Of a DNA stretch of 64,000 nucleotides, positions 29,726-43,630 are shown piece after piece. The notes beneath the pieces are model-generated. The model was given only the letters and a program-made list of their open reading frames with translations. It did not search any database and was not told where the DNA came from. A program made the translations under genes and the position numbers. The stretch is from Hydrurus foetidus (taxonomy: Eukaryota), in contig UYFQ01000218.1 of the NCBI GenBank assembly GCA_900617105.1, positions 124,001-188,000 on the forward strand, written 5' to 3'. Numbering within the stretch: the stretch's first letter is position 1; the number at the start of each line of letters is the position of its first letter.

Positions 29726-30432
29726 CTCCAGCTTTCGGCGACTCCTCCGATAAAGCTACGACTCGTAGATTGCAGCAGAAACTCTTACTTCAAAAAGCTC
29801 GTGAATAGCCGCCAATCGTCGCCGTTGTGGAACACTTCTGGGTAGGGCTTCTGAAGCCCTATTCCGAAGACAACATTTTCAATAATTCGGGCGCACTATC
29901 TGATGCTTTTCACTGTTTCACTTCTAGGTTGGGCTATCGATGGTAGAGACGCAGACGCATCCATCGTCGCCGTAAATTTCATGCAACCATCAGTCATCAG
30001 TCGTATCTCGAGTAAAATCAACCCAACGCGCGTGTTGCCCAACGCCGACATTGGAGTTAACTGTAAGTTCAGGACTTTGACCCAAGATCCAAATCGATAA
30101 ATCGGTTGTTTTTAACCGTAAGAAGTTACATTTCTACGGTATAACTGCGTAAGCAGTCCCCTGTTGACAGACGTATACGCCACGTTTGCATGTCGTCATC
30201 AATTTCGTCTGCATTATTCAGTGGTTATGATCAACTGTTCAGTGCTGTGATGATGCCATTGAACCTTAATATTAGAGTCGAAGGGACCCTCGCATTTTGC
30301 TGAGAAAAAAAGAAAATTGAAGTAAATCGTGAGACGTCATCATTTTAAACTAGCACAGAAATTTATTCGATAGAGCTGATAAAAGATGAGACTTTAGTCC
30401 AACAGTCTGAATTTTAGCTGCTATTTCCTGCA

Positions 30433-31652
30433 TTATTTCTGGTGTGATATAATTATTTTAGCTGCTATTTCCTTCATTAGTTTAGCTGCTATGGATGCTG
30501 TTATGAAGTCGACGTCTTTATACGGGTTATACTCGACAATATCCGCACCGACAATCCGTCCTAATAAGAAAAAATGCGAAGGTTGCAATTACTAACGGTT
30601 TATATTATGCAGCACATACAGCAGGATTGATGATGAAGATGGCAAACTAAAAACCGTAGAGTCTCTACTACGCACAGACAAACGTTCCATTTAAGTGGAT
30701 TCAGATTTACCGGGTATACAGTGAATAGCGTCTATCGTCTGACGCACACTCAGACCTCCAGGCTCACGGTGCGACACCCCAGGGGCGAGTCCCTTTAGGC
30801 AAAACACACAGACAAAAAGAGGGAAGAAAAGCTCATACAAAATCAAAAGTCAGAAATAATTTCAACGAATACAGCATCAGAAGAAAGGACAATTAAAAAT
30901 GGTGAATAATTGTCGAATTCATTCAGTGAATCACTCCAATACGGATTATTTCTTACCGGTTCAATAACGTCAATATCGAAAGAGATGTAAACCGGTGTGT
31001 CAGCACTTTTAATGTAATTCTTAAGGATGTCGAGTATATCAGAACCTTTTAAAGGGAAATCCTTCGCTTCGATCATCTTAACGCCATATTTCTTAATTTG
31101 CATCGCCTGCTCGCCACTCAAAGTGCGGATGCCAATCGATATAAGTTGTTCACAGAGATCAGGTGTTTCCAATATTCGGGCGAATGGTGACGCATGAGAA
31201 TCGGGATTATCCTCAAAGTTTTCGTAGATGTCAGGATGGGCATCAAAGTGGACTATAACCAGAGGTTTTCCAACTTGTTTCCTTACAGCTTTACACATGG
31301 AGAATGTTATAGAATGATCACCTCCAAGAGTAAGAGGAGTAAGACTATGTGTTTGCTGCATCTCCTCCATTGAAGGACTTACTGCTTTGTAAATACTTTC
31401 ATGATGTTTCTTAACTGGGACTACATTTCCAAAATCGACAATGCTGTGGTGGACGTCAATACCGAGCTCGCTCCAACTGTTTACAGCAGATTCCAGAAAA
31501 TACTTCCGTATTAAATCGGGTGCTCTTGATGGACCTGTAAGAAACGAGCTGTTCCTATCCTCTATGACACCAATCAGTCCGATCCTAGGCGAAGTTTGAG
31601 TCGGCGCATGAACGGAATTCTTCAGAATATTTTTCGTTAGGAGCTTCCGCAT
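30433..31652 (-). CDS. Ureohydrolase (arginase/agmatinase family), 3 exons
   Basis: Mn-binding motifs GGDHS, HFDAHPD, SHASPFAR and SFDIDVIEP. The spliced continuation is GLAPGVSHREPGGLS and GADIVEYNP...AAKLMKEIAAKIIISHQK*. Confidence 0.92.
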
Positions 31653-32113
31653 TGCAAAGGAGTCGATAATCTCAAAAGTAAATTTGTCCCAAATCTAAGG
31701 TTTAGAATTTTCCTTTATACCGCGGCCACATTAACTAATGATTAATACGCTTGCGAAATTCATTGCAGAATAAAAATGCCATCAGATGATGGTTGTATGT
31801 TGACATTCCTTTCAGTGAAGTTGAGTTTTAACATGAGAAACGCGCGTCGAGTTGGAGTTGAGTTGGCTCTTCTCTCTTCCTACTTCTTCGACTTTTAGCA
31901 GTTGATACCGTAATGTTCCGGTGTCAACGCGCACGACCTCCGGCCTACGGTGCCGTAGGCCGTAGGAATCTTGGCAACAAAACTCATGACAAACTTCTTC
32001 TTACTAGAGGCAGCATGTAATTCCTTAATCATTACTGTTGAGAGGTATCTCGCAATATCAGTTGCCTTTGAAGGCAAGAGTTGCTTTGAACATAGCGAGG
32101 GACACAGCGAACG

Positions 32114-35100
32114 ATGGAGTCTGAAATTTCTGAACCCTCTCGACAGGGATGGATGAGGACTACGATGAGTAAAATGAGCAAGATAAATAAATGGGCTGAT
32201 CGCTATTTTGTTCTGCATGGTCCAGTCCTCTACTATTACTTGAAGAATACAGATACGGTACACGTAAATCGCTGTTTATTGATGGAGAGACGAACAAAAT
32301 GAAATCAACTCTCCAATCTGACATATTCTTAGGAGCCAAAGGGGACTATCAATCTTCATGGTGCTTGTAAAGTCTCCGACATCCAATCCGACAACATTAA
32401 GAGGAAGAAGCAGTATGTCTTCAGCATTTCCTGGCGCGTAGAAAACGAACCAGAGGAGAAGGAAGATCCTCATTCAGGTACACCAGTAGCGGCTAACGGT
32501 GGGGAGACTCCTGTCTTTTTGGCAGCCATGAAAGATAAGGAGAAGAGACGACTAAGCAGCAGGAGGAAGATTGTCGATGAGGGAAAGAAGGATGAACGTG
32601 GAAATTCTCTCAGTGGCAGTAAAGTTGCGGCGCTGACAGTCGGTGGAGTTGTTTTAGGCGCCTTTACAGCTGGAATGGGACTCATAGCAGGCATGGTAGT
32701 GGTAGGGATGGGCGCAGCAGCAGGTGGGGGGGCAATTGCCCTCAGACAGACAACGTCTGATAGAGAAAAACAAGTATTTCTAGCATGCGAATCCTATCAC
32801 GATGCAGAACTCTGGGTGCAAGCAATAGAATCTCAATTGAAATCGCTAGGAGACTCAGCATTGGATCAGCCGTTTCAACAGAGGAAAGTTCGACTAGGAT
32901 TCCGTAGGCATGCTGCTCCTCCAGAAGTTCGGATCGAAGAAGTGGAGGAATGGATTTGTTCTTCTAGGTGGAGGGTGTGGTCTGTTAGAGACGGTGTAAG
33001 GCTGTTTGAACAGTCAAATTACGATGATTTACCTAGTAGCAATGGGTCTGGTAGTGGGGGCCACAACGGTTTGGACAATGGTCTGAGCTCATCCCCTCCC
33101 TGTCTAAGAGTGAATATGAGTGTGAGCGGTTCTGCTTTAGATGTTTTTATGGCAGTGATGAATCTTCCTCCTGCCTGTAGAACCGGTACTATTAAATCTA
33201 TACGGGTTGTTGAGAGCATTAATAATTACACGGATATCGTGCACATTGTTCTGGATCCTGTTTTTCTATATCCGACATGGGCAGGTATGTACGTATCATT
33301 TTATGTTAAATGAGAGAATGTCATATTGTGCTTGTCAATCATCTTGTGTACTGTACTGCAAGACATAACTTCTCAAATGTATATAGATTGAAACAAATTT
33401 GTATGAATTTTGAGAAGAGTTGTTTATTGAATCTCAGACTGCGATCGCTAGCTACAAGCGTTAATATGAAATACATAGCTGTCTTATTTTTAATTCCGTT
33501 TGTAAAATACTGTGTAGTAATTATTTTTTCTTCAACTGTTTTAATACAAAATACAATATTTTCTACTGTAAAATCTCATCTTCTATTCTCTTCACAATAG
33601 CACCTCGAGACCTCTGTCTTGTGCGGTATTGGAAACATAATGACGATGATGGGAGTTATGTGGTTTGTCTCGATTCAACTTTCCACTTAGGTGAGTTCAT
33701 AAACAATCCGTCGTTATTGTTTACAGTAGAAGCCTTTACTGACAGTGACGACTGGTCATTTTGTTGCATGGTCCGTTTCATCTTTTTTTCTTGGTTTTAT
33801 TTAATTGTATATATTTTTCTTAGTTTTACTTAGTGTAATGTGTGTCTCTATTCTGATGTTATGTATCGTTTTTTCATTGTGATTTTTTGCCATATTTTAT
33901 TCTATTATTTGTCATGACAGTTCATGATGCACTAAAGAGGTAGTAAACGACAGAGGAGAGTAATGAAGAAAAATGAAGAGATTACAAAATTACTGAAATC
34001 ATACACTGATATTATGTATCATGTTTTAATCTTTAAATTTATTAGTACTGATAATGATGATGTCGTAAGATGTCCAAGTTTTGTAGAAATGCATTAATTA
34101 CCATTATTTAGTATTAAAATGAACGAGATCCTTCATTCTTAGTTATTGAAATTTTGCATCATTTTGTATATACTGTTGTTATTTTTTTTGTCTTCTTCAT
34201 TATTATTCTCATGGCCATTATCACTATTATTATCGCTATGAACATTCTGATTAGTATCAGCACTGTTACTCATCTTTATCATCATTACTGATACCATTGC
34301 TATTGACATCATTTTTCATATTTCTTAGATTGCCCTTTGCTTAGCGGACATGTGAGAGGGGACTTACACGCCGTTTATTTAATTTGTCCACCGAAGGTAA
34401 GCAAAGAATAAAATGGAATAGATTTGCAGCTATAAATGATCACATCAAACGATAAGAAATAGTATTGTATGAGGGGACATGTCATGACTTGGGTAACAAA
34501 TTATCATTATGTTTCTAATCGACCATATTGTACTCACTACTTAAAGCTTAAGTTTGCAATATTCTCCATGCTACGCATTGCTGTATTACTCTACACTACC
34601 CTCTTCTCTATTATTCCTTTCTACACCACACCACACCACACCATGTATTAGAGATATCACGCTCATCGTCCTATCGTACATTACATTTCACTACATTATA
34701 CTATTCACTACGCTACTCTTTGAATGAAAACTGTCAATCTTATCTATTTACACTGTACAGATCGGTGCATCTGACGAAGAGTACGATGACGACCACTCGG
34801 AATGTCTCCTCACCTTTATCGCACAAATGGACCCTAAGGGATGGATTTGGAAAATGTTCGGATACCAACAAGAATCGCTTCAAAAAGTAATGAATTACCA
34901 TCATTTTTCATACTCTTTGTCAATTTCGGTCGCATTTTAACACTACTTTTCTGATTTCTCAACACATTTTACGGTGAATTACATCTTACAATAAATTTCT
35001 GCAATTTTTTTCAACAATTTTCAACGATAAATATTTGATTCGTGTAGTCAGTTATGAGCGCTGTATCTCGAAGTATCGTTACTTTCCATATGTATCAAGA

Positions 35101-38100
35101 AGTGCTACGCACACATGAGTACCACAACTCTTCTTTTTTGTTCTTGCATCATCTTTTATGTGTTAATTAGTGGTGCAAGCTACACGGTTATGGTTACATT
35201 TTGTCGTTACTACCTCCTATTTATTTGCTGATTATTCATTTATTTGCTGATTATTCATTTATTTGCTGTTTCCTACTAGTTAATGATGCACCTAGTGGAT
35301 ATCAGAGATTGCCTCGACACAGAGAGATTCGTCCAGGTAATAATTATGATACTTGTAACGACTACGATGATGCTAGTAATCGCAGGAGAAAATTTACAAT
35401 CATGATGTCATTTGATTTGCATCTTATTTCCATTATCTGATCACTTGTCATGCATTTTCAAGTACACCACATATTAAACACATGACACTCTCTAATCCAG
35501 CGCATTCTATGCATCATGAGAATTTAAATGCTTGAAGTGAGAGATTTCCGTCAGACATACTCCGCAACTCTGACGCATCTTATTTCAGTCAACAAACTTC
35601 GCAGTACCGTACTTTATTTCATGTTTCGTATTTCCTGTAGGTGCATTTCGACCCGAACAACGAACGTGATGTTGCCGCTAATCCCATGGGCGGAATAGAA
35701 GAACAAGTACAAGGTACGCACATACACGTACTGTGACACTTTTACACGTACAGTAACGCACGCACACGCTTTCTCTCTCATACCCACACCGCACGCACTC
35801 ACATACGCACACACGCACATTCGCATGTCGCGTACATATTTGCTTAAACAAAACGTTACTCCCATCCACGCTCACTGCATCTCTGGCACACGCACAGATA
35901 ACCCTAACCCTAATCTTTTTCGCGATTCCGTAATTTCGATTCGTAGGGACTATTGGTACGATTCCAGCCCCTATTCTATCTCACGAATATTGGTCCGACA
36001 TAGACGCCAGTTCCTTCAGAATACGGGGACAGACCTACAACCAAGATAAAGTCAAGGCTGCTAGTGCGCCGTCTATGTTCCGCTTAATCGCTATAGATGT
36101 ACGTCATTGTGCATACGTATTTGGCCTTATTTACTATCATATTCACTTATCTTCTTGTTCGTTACATTTCTTTATTTACTTATCTATCGACTGCTTTATT
36201 TGTATATTTGTCCTTTCTTCTTTGAGTTACAGTTCGTCAGCACTCTATACTAAACTGCCATGATTATGTGCAAATTACATCGTATCCATTGACGTCTCAG
36301 CCCATCTCTACATTCAAACCTTTCAGCAAACGTTACACCTTACAACTATCGCCTCACATACGGTATTATCCGGCCACATTCCTTTATTTATACCGTACCA
36401 TAGATATTCGATGTCCCGGAGCCCACCTTCAACATCGCGTCTCATCCGCACAACAGGGTGCATCAAGCGCGACTGAGAGGAGAGAAAACATGGTGAGCCG
36501 ACTTGCAGTGTTGTGTAGAACACAGCAAAGAAGAGAGGAGACGGTGTGATCCATCCACGAAGACACACACAAACCTTTCTCTCCCCCTCTATTCCCTTCC
36601 CCTCATTCCCTTTCCCTCCTCTCTCTCTATCATCACGCACTGATATGCATACATACATGCGTGCATATGTTGATACATATATAGCTACATGCACACTTAT
36701 ATATCCTAGATATATTCTACATGTGGCACAGAGAAACTCTGCATTTCACCTATTTCACTGTATTTTTGCAATGCAGAATATTTCGGTTCATTTCGTTGCG
36801 TTCGACACACCGAAATAAACTCTGTATCCGTCAGAATGCAGAGTTTTGCGTATTCGACTTTTTATTGTATTTCGATTTATGCCGTATTATTCCGACACTC
36901 TGCATTCGGAAAGACAGAGTTTCAAAACACCGTTTCTACCGAACGGACTCTTGGATCTTCACTTGACCCTATCACATCTTCATCATTTTCATCTCTCCCT
37001 TCTCCACCGCACTTCCCATCTCATTCATCCCATACACCACCTCCACAAATGTAAAATTACACTTTTTTTTTCTTTTTCAGGGTTTTCGTCGTCAACATTA
37101 TGATTCCTGGACCGCCCTTTCTTTCCTTCGTAGCTTATCTGGAAGGAGATAAGGTACGATTCAAGCGTCATTTATTCTGTATTACACCACGCATGAGCAG
37201 ATGGAATACATATGAGACAAATATCAATTTATCTCTTCACCTTCTACTTGTCTCTTTTTCTCATACTCATCTATCAATTTACTTCACTATCTGCCAATCC
37301 TTCCTTTTATTCACGGGCATCCACCTTCTCACCTTCTATGTATCTTATTTTCCCCTTCATTATCATTCCAGTCTAAGATCGAAGAAGACACTCCATTTGG
37401 CCGTGTGGCTCGGCCATTCTTTAACGGAAATGACGATGAGTTCAGAAATAATCGATTCAAACTCATACCTAAGGTACCGTCAAAATACACTTGATCATCT
37501 TCTTATATCGTCTGTTCATGTGATTCATCTTTCTTTTCTGTGTTAGTTTTCCTTTTCATTTATTCGCTTTTTCGCCTTTCCACGGATTGGTATATTATTT
37601 TCATCCTTTATGTTAATCTTGCCCCGACACTCCCTCTCTTTCTCAGCATCGTGATTATGTTCGTGACATGCACGACTCTTAAGCGTGTCCTTCTCATCTA
37701 TTATCGCCATTTGGTCCACTTGATCTTCCTCTTTTCTTCACTTCTTCCATCCTTTTCTACTACATAACATCCCGCTACTCTGCCTACTGTGCCTCCTCCA
37801 ATACACCCTCTCTACGATTGATGCATCGCATCGCATCGCATGATTCTCTCCTTCTTTCCAACCGATTTCAATGGTCGCTACCTCTCTCTCCTTTTTTGCT
37901 TTTCTTCGATTCTGTATTTACTGCTACACTAAATATTCGTACATTCACGTCACACAATTCATCTTCAGACGTGTCATGAACATTCTCATTATTCATCGTG
38001 TTTCCCAAGTTCACCATCCTACTTCTCCAACCGTGTAGATTGTGGACGGAAATATGGTCATAAAAATGGCCGTGAAAGACACCCCAACTCTGCTAGGAAA

Positions 38101-39436
38101 TAAATTAAAACAACACTACTATAAGGTGATTTCATCCAATTGTTTACTATCATATTTCACATGCTTTGCCGCTGTTCTTGGCTTTTCGTTTGTGCCTGTC
38201 CAGTTTCGTTATTTGCTGTCATGAACACCGCTGACATATCTTGTAACCATATAATTAGTATCACAATCACAATATATAGTGTCATCGCCTATTACATCGT
38301 GCTGTGCAGTATGACATCACATCACATCACATCGTAGTAGGGATGGTAGTGGTAGCACAACCAGCCCAGTTAATGACGCAGCTATCACTTACATATCATC
38401 TCACATTACGCTGAGCGTCTCAACTATAGTTTGCATAGCTCCCTTACTCCTCTCTTTCCGCATGACACTTCACACTGGATCGCACCTCATCATATCCAGT
38501 TCCACCTCAATTCGTCTCACATTATCTCATCTTATTTCATCTAAAATCAGCATGACTTTGTCTGTTTTTTCTGCTCCATTTTATCCTTTGCAGGGTGACA
38601 ACTATTTTGAATTAGATGTGGATGTGGGGTCGTCTAGTGTAGCCAGGTGAGACAAACACGCATGCTCAACCGCACACGCACATCGTCATCTGTATCTCTT
38701 CCCTCTCCCGTCCCGTCCCGTCCTCCCTCACCCACCCCCCTTCATATACTAACGATGTATTTTTCATGTACTGTTTATTCTCGTTGTTTGTTTCTTTCGT
38801 TTTCTCATTTTCTTTCTTGTTTTCTTTCTTATTTTCTTTCTGATCTATTTTGCCGCTATTTCTATTTTTATGCTGAACTTAAAGTGACTTCGATTTAATT
38901 TCCTACCTATCAATTCTCAGCAACTCCCTCGCATCCTTGTGCATGAACATCTTATCTCTCAATATTTCTCCTTTCCTTTGCTCTTACCTCCTTTCATCCC
39001 CCTCTCCAACACACTGTCTATAGGAATGTAGTGGGTTTGGCAATAGGATATTCGAAAGCTATTATAGTCGACATGGGCTTCTGCCTCCAGGTGTGATAAA
39101 ATTTATCTTGAAATTACGAAAAATGACAACATTCTTTTTATTAATATAAGATGACTCAAAGCTTTGAAATTGTTTTCTTTTGTTAATACTTCGTTGAGAA
39201 CGTTAATAAGTATTCCCGATGAACTTGGACTCCTTTAACGAGAGTGAATTCTCAGAAAAAAAAAGAGATAATCCTACTTACACAATCGATCATGTCTATT
39301 TATTTATGTGTTTTTCTTTTCTCTTTCTCTTTTTATTCGGTGTCTGTAGGGTAATGAAGAAGACGAGTTGCCTGAAGTGTTGCTCGGAGGATGTACGTGC
39401 ATACGGGTGGATTGTGGAAAAGCGAAAAAATTGTAA
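32114..39436 (+). CDS. PH - START - EDR2_C (DUF1336) lipid-binding protein, EDR2-like
   Basis: PH-like N-terminus (KWADRYFVLHGPVLYYY) and START motifs (WRVWSVRDGVRLFE; APRDLCLVRYWKHNDDDGSYVVCLDS). EDR2_C exons include KVKAASAPSMFRLIAID, FVVNIMIPGPP, DNYFELDVDVGSSSVAR and GNEEDELPEVLLGG...KL*. Confidence 0.88.
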
Positions 39437-40130
39437 AAATGTGCACCTGAACAAAAAACTTTCAAACAATTGTATACACTAAGAAGTGCAAAATCCGCGC
39501 TTTAGAATACTGGATAAAATGACATGTAGCATTAAATCATGAATACGAATTTGTTCTAATTTCCGTGTTTTCTCTTTTGGCATTATCACTAAGATTGATA
39601 TTGTGAAAAAGAGAAAACTTCCAAAATTAGTATTATTATATTTTCCAATGGAAGCATAGGGTAAAAATTAAAAAATCTTCAAGATTCCTCTGCGCGCCCT
39701 ATATCTCTTTCTCTTAAGTTTACTATACTGTGCATCCTATATCAACATATCGCTCACACTGCAGCAGTCTCTCCACTGGTAATGCAAACTGAAACAATGA
39801 AATTAAAAAGGTGAGGATGAGGTGACAACTGTATACTCAATATCACAACAAAACAAAATCTCCCCATATATATATCGGTATTTTCGCAACACCGTATTCT
39901 GTGTGGTATGCTTCAAATAACGGATTTGAAATTCTTTTTAGAAGAGGGTTTCGCTTCTCCAAAATTTAAAATTTTTGAAGATGAGAGCAACAGAGGGCAA
40001 CCGACAACGCACTTATTATTTTTTATTTTTCATGCTACTTCCTCGACATCGATTTGAGATTTGGACTCGAATTCAATTGAGTTGTTCCTGCTGACATTGT
40101 GATGAAATAGAATTGTTGAGATGAATCGAG

Positions 40131-43100
40131 ATGTTTTGGCTCTTTCCTGCCTTTTTTCTAACAGCTAAACTGGCCTCTTCATCGTACACTACTGAAGTCC
40201 TGCAGCCTGCTTTTCTGAAATCATTCACGGACAGATGCACAGCTGAGAAGTATCCTTTCATTCCGAAATTTTACGAAAGACAGAGCAACCCTGGCGATCG
40301 CTATGTACACTTTGTGTTCCATGAGCATCGATTTCGTAACGGCGGCTTTGGAGATCGGCTAGCAGGTCTGGTGAATGCTGCAGCTATTGCGCTGAGATTC
40401 GACAGACAACTACTCATTGAATCGAGAAGTGGTTTTGAGGAACTGTTCAGGCCTTATCACCCAAACATAACACATTCAACCGGTATGCGAAGAGAAGCTA
40501 AGAATCGTCGAGTGTTGCAAGTACTGCAGCACTACCTCGAAATTCTGAGACATCACAACCCAGAGCAATACTGAAATTCCATCGAAAACTTACAGCACTC
40601 TCAGCAACTACGAGTATTGCTTCTGACTATTTGTGGTAATATTGCACAGACAATGATGGCAAAATCATTCCTAACTATCATCGTACGAATTGGAGTTCCT
40701 GGACTGCTTATAACTCAAGTCTCGCCAATAGCGATGATACAGGTGCATCATGAACATTCTGACTGTCATGAAATGCGAACAATTTCAAACGTATGCTGCT
40801 GGATTACCGCTATAGGAAATCAATCCCTCACCTCTTCATGAAATAAATTTCGTTTCGCAGAGTATGATTTGTATAACTGTATTAACATTGGCGGGAAACT
40901 ACAGGCAAAATGCGGAATGGAGGAAGGTAACTTTGCTGGTTGGCAACATTACACTGTTATGTCGCCAGTTAATCCCTTCTTCACATGCGTTGCATTCAAC
41001 GATAATTGAGCTTCTCTGACCACAGTAAAAATGGCAATAATGTTTCAGAAAAATAGATTTTTTATTTTTCGTCGCCTCACTTCCGCTTCTAGGGGATAAG
41101 AAACAACCAATTTTGAAGATTAGAGGCAACCGTGCATTTCTATGCAAATGGAGAACCAATTCCAATATTCCAATAGATCAACTTCTCGCACTAGGAGTGA
41201 CTAAAGATGCCGATCTATTCGAGGTATACAGTCAATCGACAGATTTAACTTGCGAGTACGTATGACGTATGTATGTATTGTGTATTACTTTATTTTACTT
41301 TAAATGAAGCTGTCAATCCTCTTCATTCATCTCATTCTTACAATCTGCACAACCACTTATTATGCCATATTGTCCATCGTCTCAGCCACAGTATTCACGA
41401 TCTCTCCTCGCACATAGATGGCAGGCTGTATATTACGGCTAGTGATGTGGCCGACACAGCTTCTATGGGACTACGTTGACGAGCAACTGACATGTTAGTA
41501 TATAGCCTTGTCATTTTTATTTTTATCATAGTTCTTACCCGGTCTCATAACTCTGTTGTTCAACTCTAAATTTGAAATCAGATCTGTAATATTACTGATA
41601 TTGTGACACTATATTTGTACAGCTGAAGCTCTCCGACTAGCCAAATTGGAGGGAAAGGAAAAAGCCCTTGTTAAGGAAAACTTTTGGGATTACCAGGTAT
41701 GAAGCAATTGTGCTGAATTAAATTGATTCGCTCATTACAATTATCTATACCGCCAGCCGCTTCTCACTGTGTCTCTCGTATCACCACACACAACCTGACC
41801 TTTCCCTCTTTCCTGTTACACTAGACATTGCGTATAATATTAGTATGTTGTCAAGTTTGCACAATGTAGTTGACAAACATCTGCTCCTAAGAGTGGAAGA
41901 GATAACATGAAGGATAAGAAAAGAAAATATACTGACATTGATATCAAGAGTCGTATATCAAAGTTCAGACGTGAGTGTGTTTTCTTCGTACTCAATTTCT
42001 CTCACTCTTCAATGCGTGAGTTGTCACTCTGTTTTCTTGTCCCATACCAACTTTCTAACCAACAGCACACCCTCTTTCACACCACACCTTTTAAACATAT
42101 CCTCATTTCGTTCTCATACATTCAAATCTATCTGTCAAGACAGCTAGTGTCATTTATTATTTAGCTACTTTAAGATTATGTCACTACGGATTATCAGAGT
42201 ACACTCCTGCAACTCTAAGCACCACACGTGTTTCTATTTTGAATTTTCAATGTATACGCGGATCATGCTCTTGTATTCGTTCAGCCATCAAAAAAACCTA
42301 AAATATGGAATAAATCAGCTAATAATCTTAATATGCATCTATTAGATTGGTGTGCACTTCAGATGTGGTGATTATTCGTATGCAAAGAAGGGAAGCAGAG
42401 AAGGACAGTGCGTACATGTGCCAGGTATTGTAACACTTCTCTTTCCTGAAATAATGTAATAAATTGAAGTGACACTACATGATGAAATGATACTATTAAT
42501 AAACAGTGTCAAATTCTTTCCTTTCCCTAGGCATTGCTCTACCACTGCTGTAACAGTGCTGCCCTTTCTTTTTGACTATTTCCTATCATGTGTTTTTACA
42601 GTGCACGTATCTAGACTGTCAGTGAGTTGTGACTCATTACATGTCGCTCATTGTCCAACTCAACACGAACACCCTCAACCCCACCCATCACACATCACAC
42701 CACACCACACTATACCACTTTGCGATGTATCATACTGCATTATGTATCAACCGCATCACGCTTCACACTATCACATGTGTGTGATGTGCACAGGACATTT
42801 TGAACTTTTGAAACGATTTTATAATGGTGCCTTTCGCGCAATATTTGGTAAATTTTATGGCAACGGAAAACATCATACTCTTACAATCAGTAATATGATG
42901 TAACAACATCGCGACACTGTTCTTCGCATCAGATAACATCAATCATAAATCCATATTTGCCTCACTTCATTTTCATAACTAACACATCTCCACTACTTCC
43001 TTTCATAACTAACACATTTCACTTCTCAATTTCAGGTAAAGTCGAACCTAACATGGCTAGGGGTTCACCAGTGGACCTTGGACTCTGCGCCGCACAGGTG

Positions 43101-43566
43101 ATTTCAGACTTTATTTTGCTATAATTTGAATTTATTTTTGATTGTGGTGCGTAGGTGAGACTTACATTCTATTGTCATGATGTGATGTTGTGACGTACTA
43201 GTTTGCAGGATTACATCTTCTCTACTTCATCTGTATATGAGCCATGACAACTGTTTTCGTTAACATCACTGATTATCGCTACAAAAGGTGATTCAAAACA
43301 TGTCCTCCTCATCCGATGGAAATAAAACCGATAAAAGGCGTTTGCACACGGATTTGCAAGCAAACCCGTCAAATGTTCTTCTGTTTGTAGCGAGTGATAA
43401 CCACGGTAAGATGCGACACGACGACTCTTCACTTTCCCTGTGTCCTCTATTTGCCTTGTCGATACCATAGTATCTGAACAACTTCTGATAGGAGAGAAAT
43501 TCAGTCTTCCCTTCCCCCCCTTGTCATGTCTTTCATGCCTCTCTCTCTCTTTCTTTCTTTTTTTTT

Positions 43567-43630
<64 letters not shown>

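Noticed and set aside
29850..30110. ~65-codon region open on both strands upstream of the ARL gene
   Set aside because: No motif or splice support. It may be UTR or promoter.
35899..35913. TAACCCTAACCCTAA telomere-like or telomerase-template-like sequence
   Set aside because: Only 2.5 units inside an intron, with no supporting structure.
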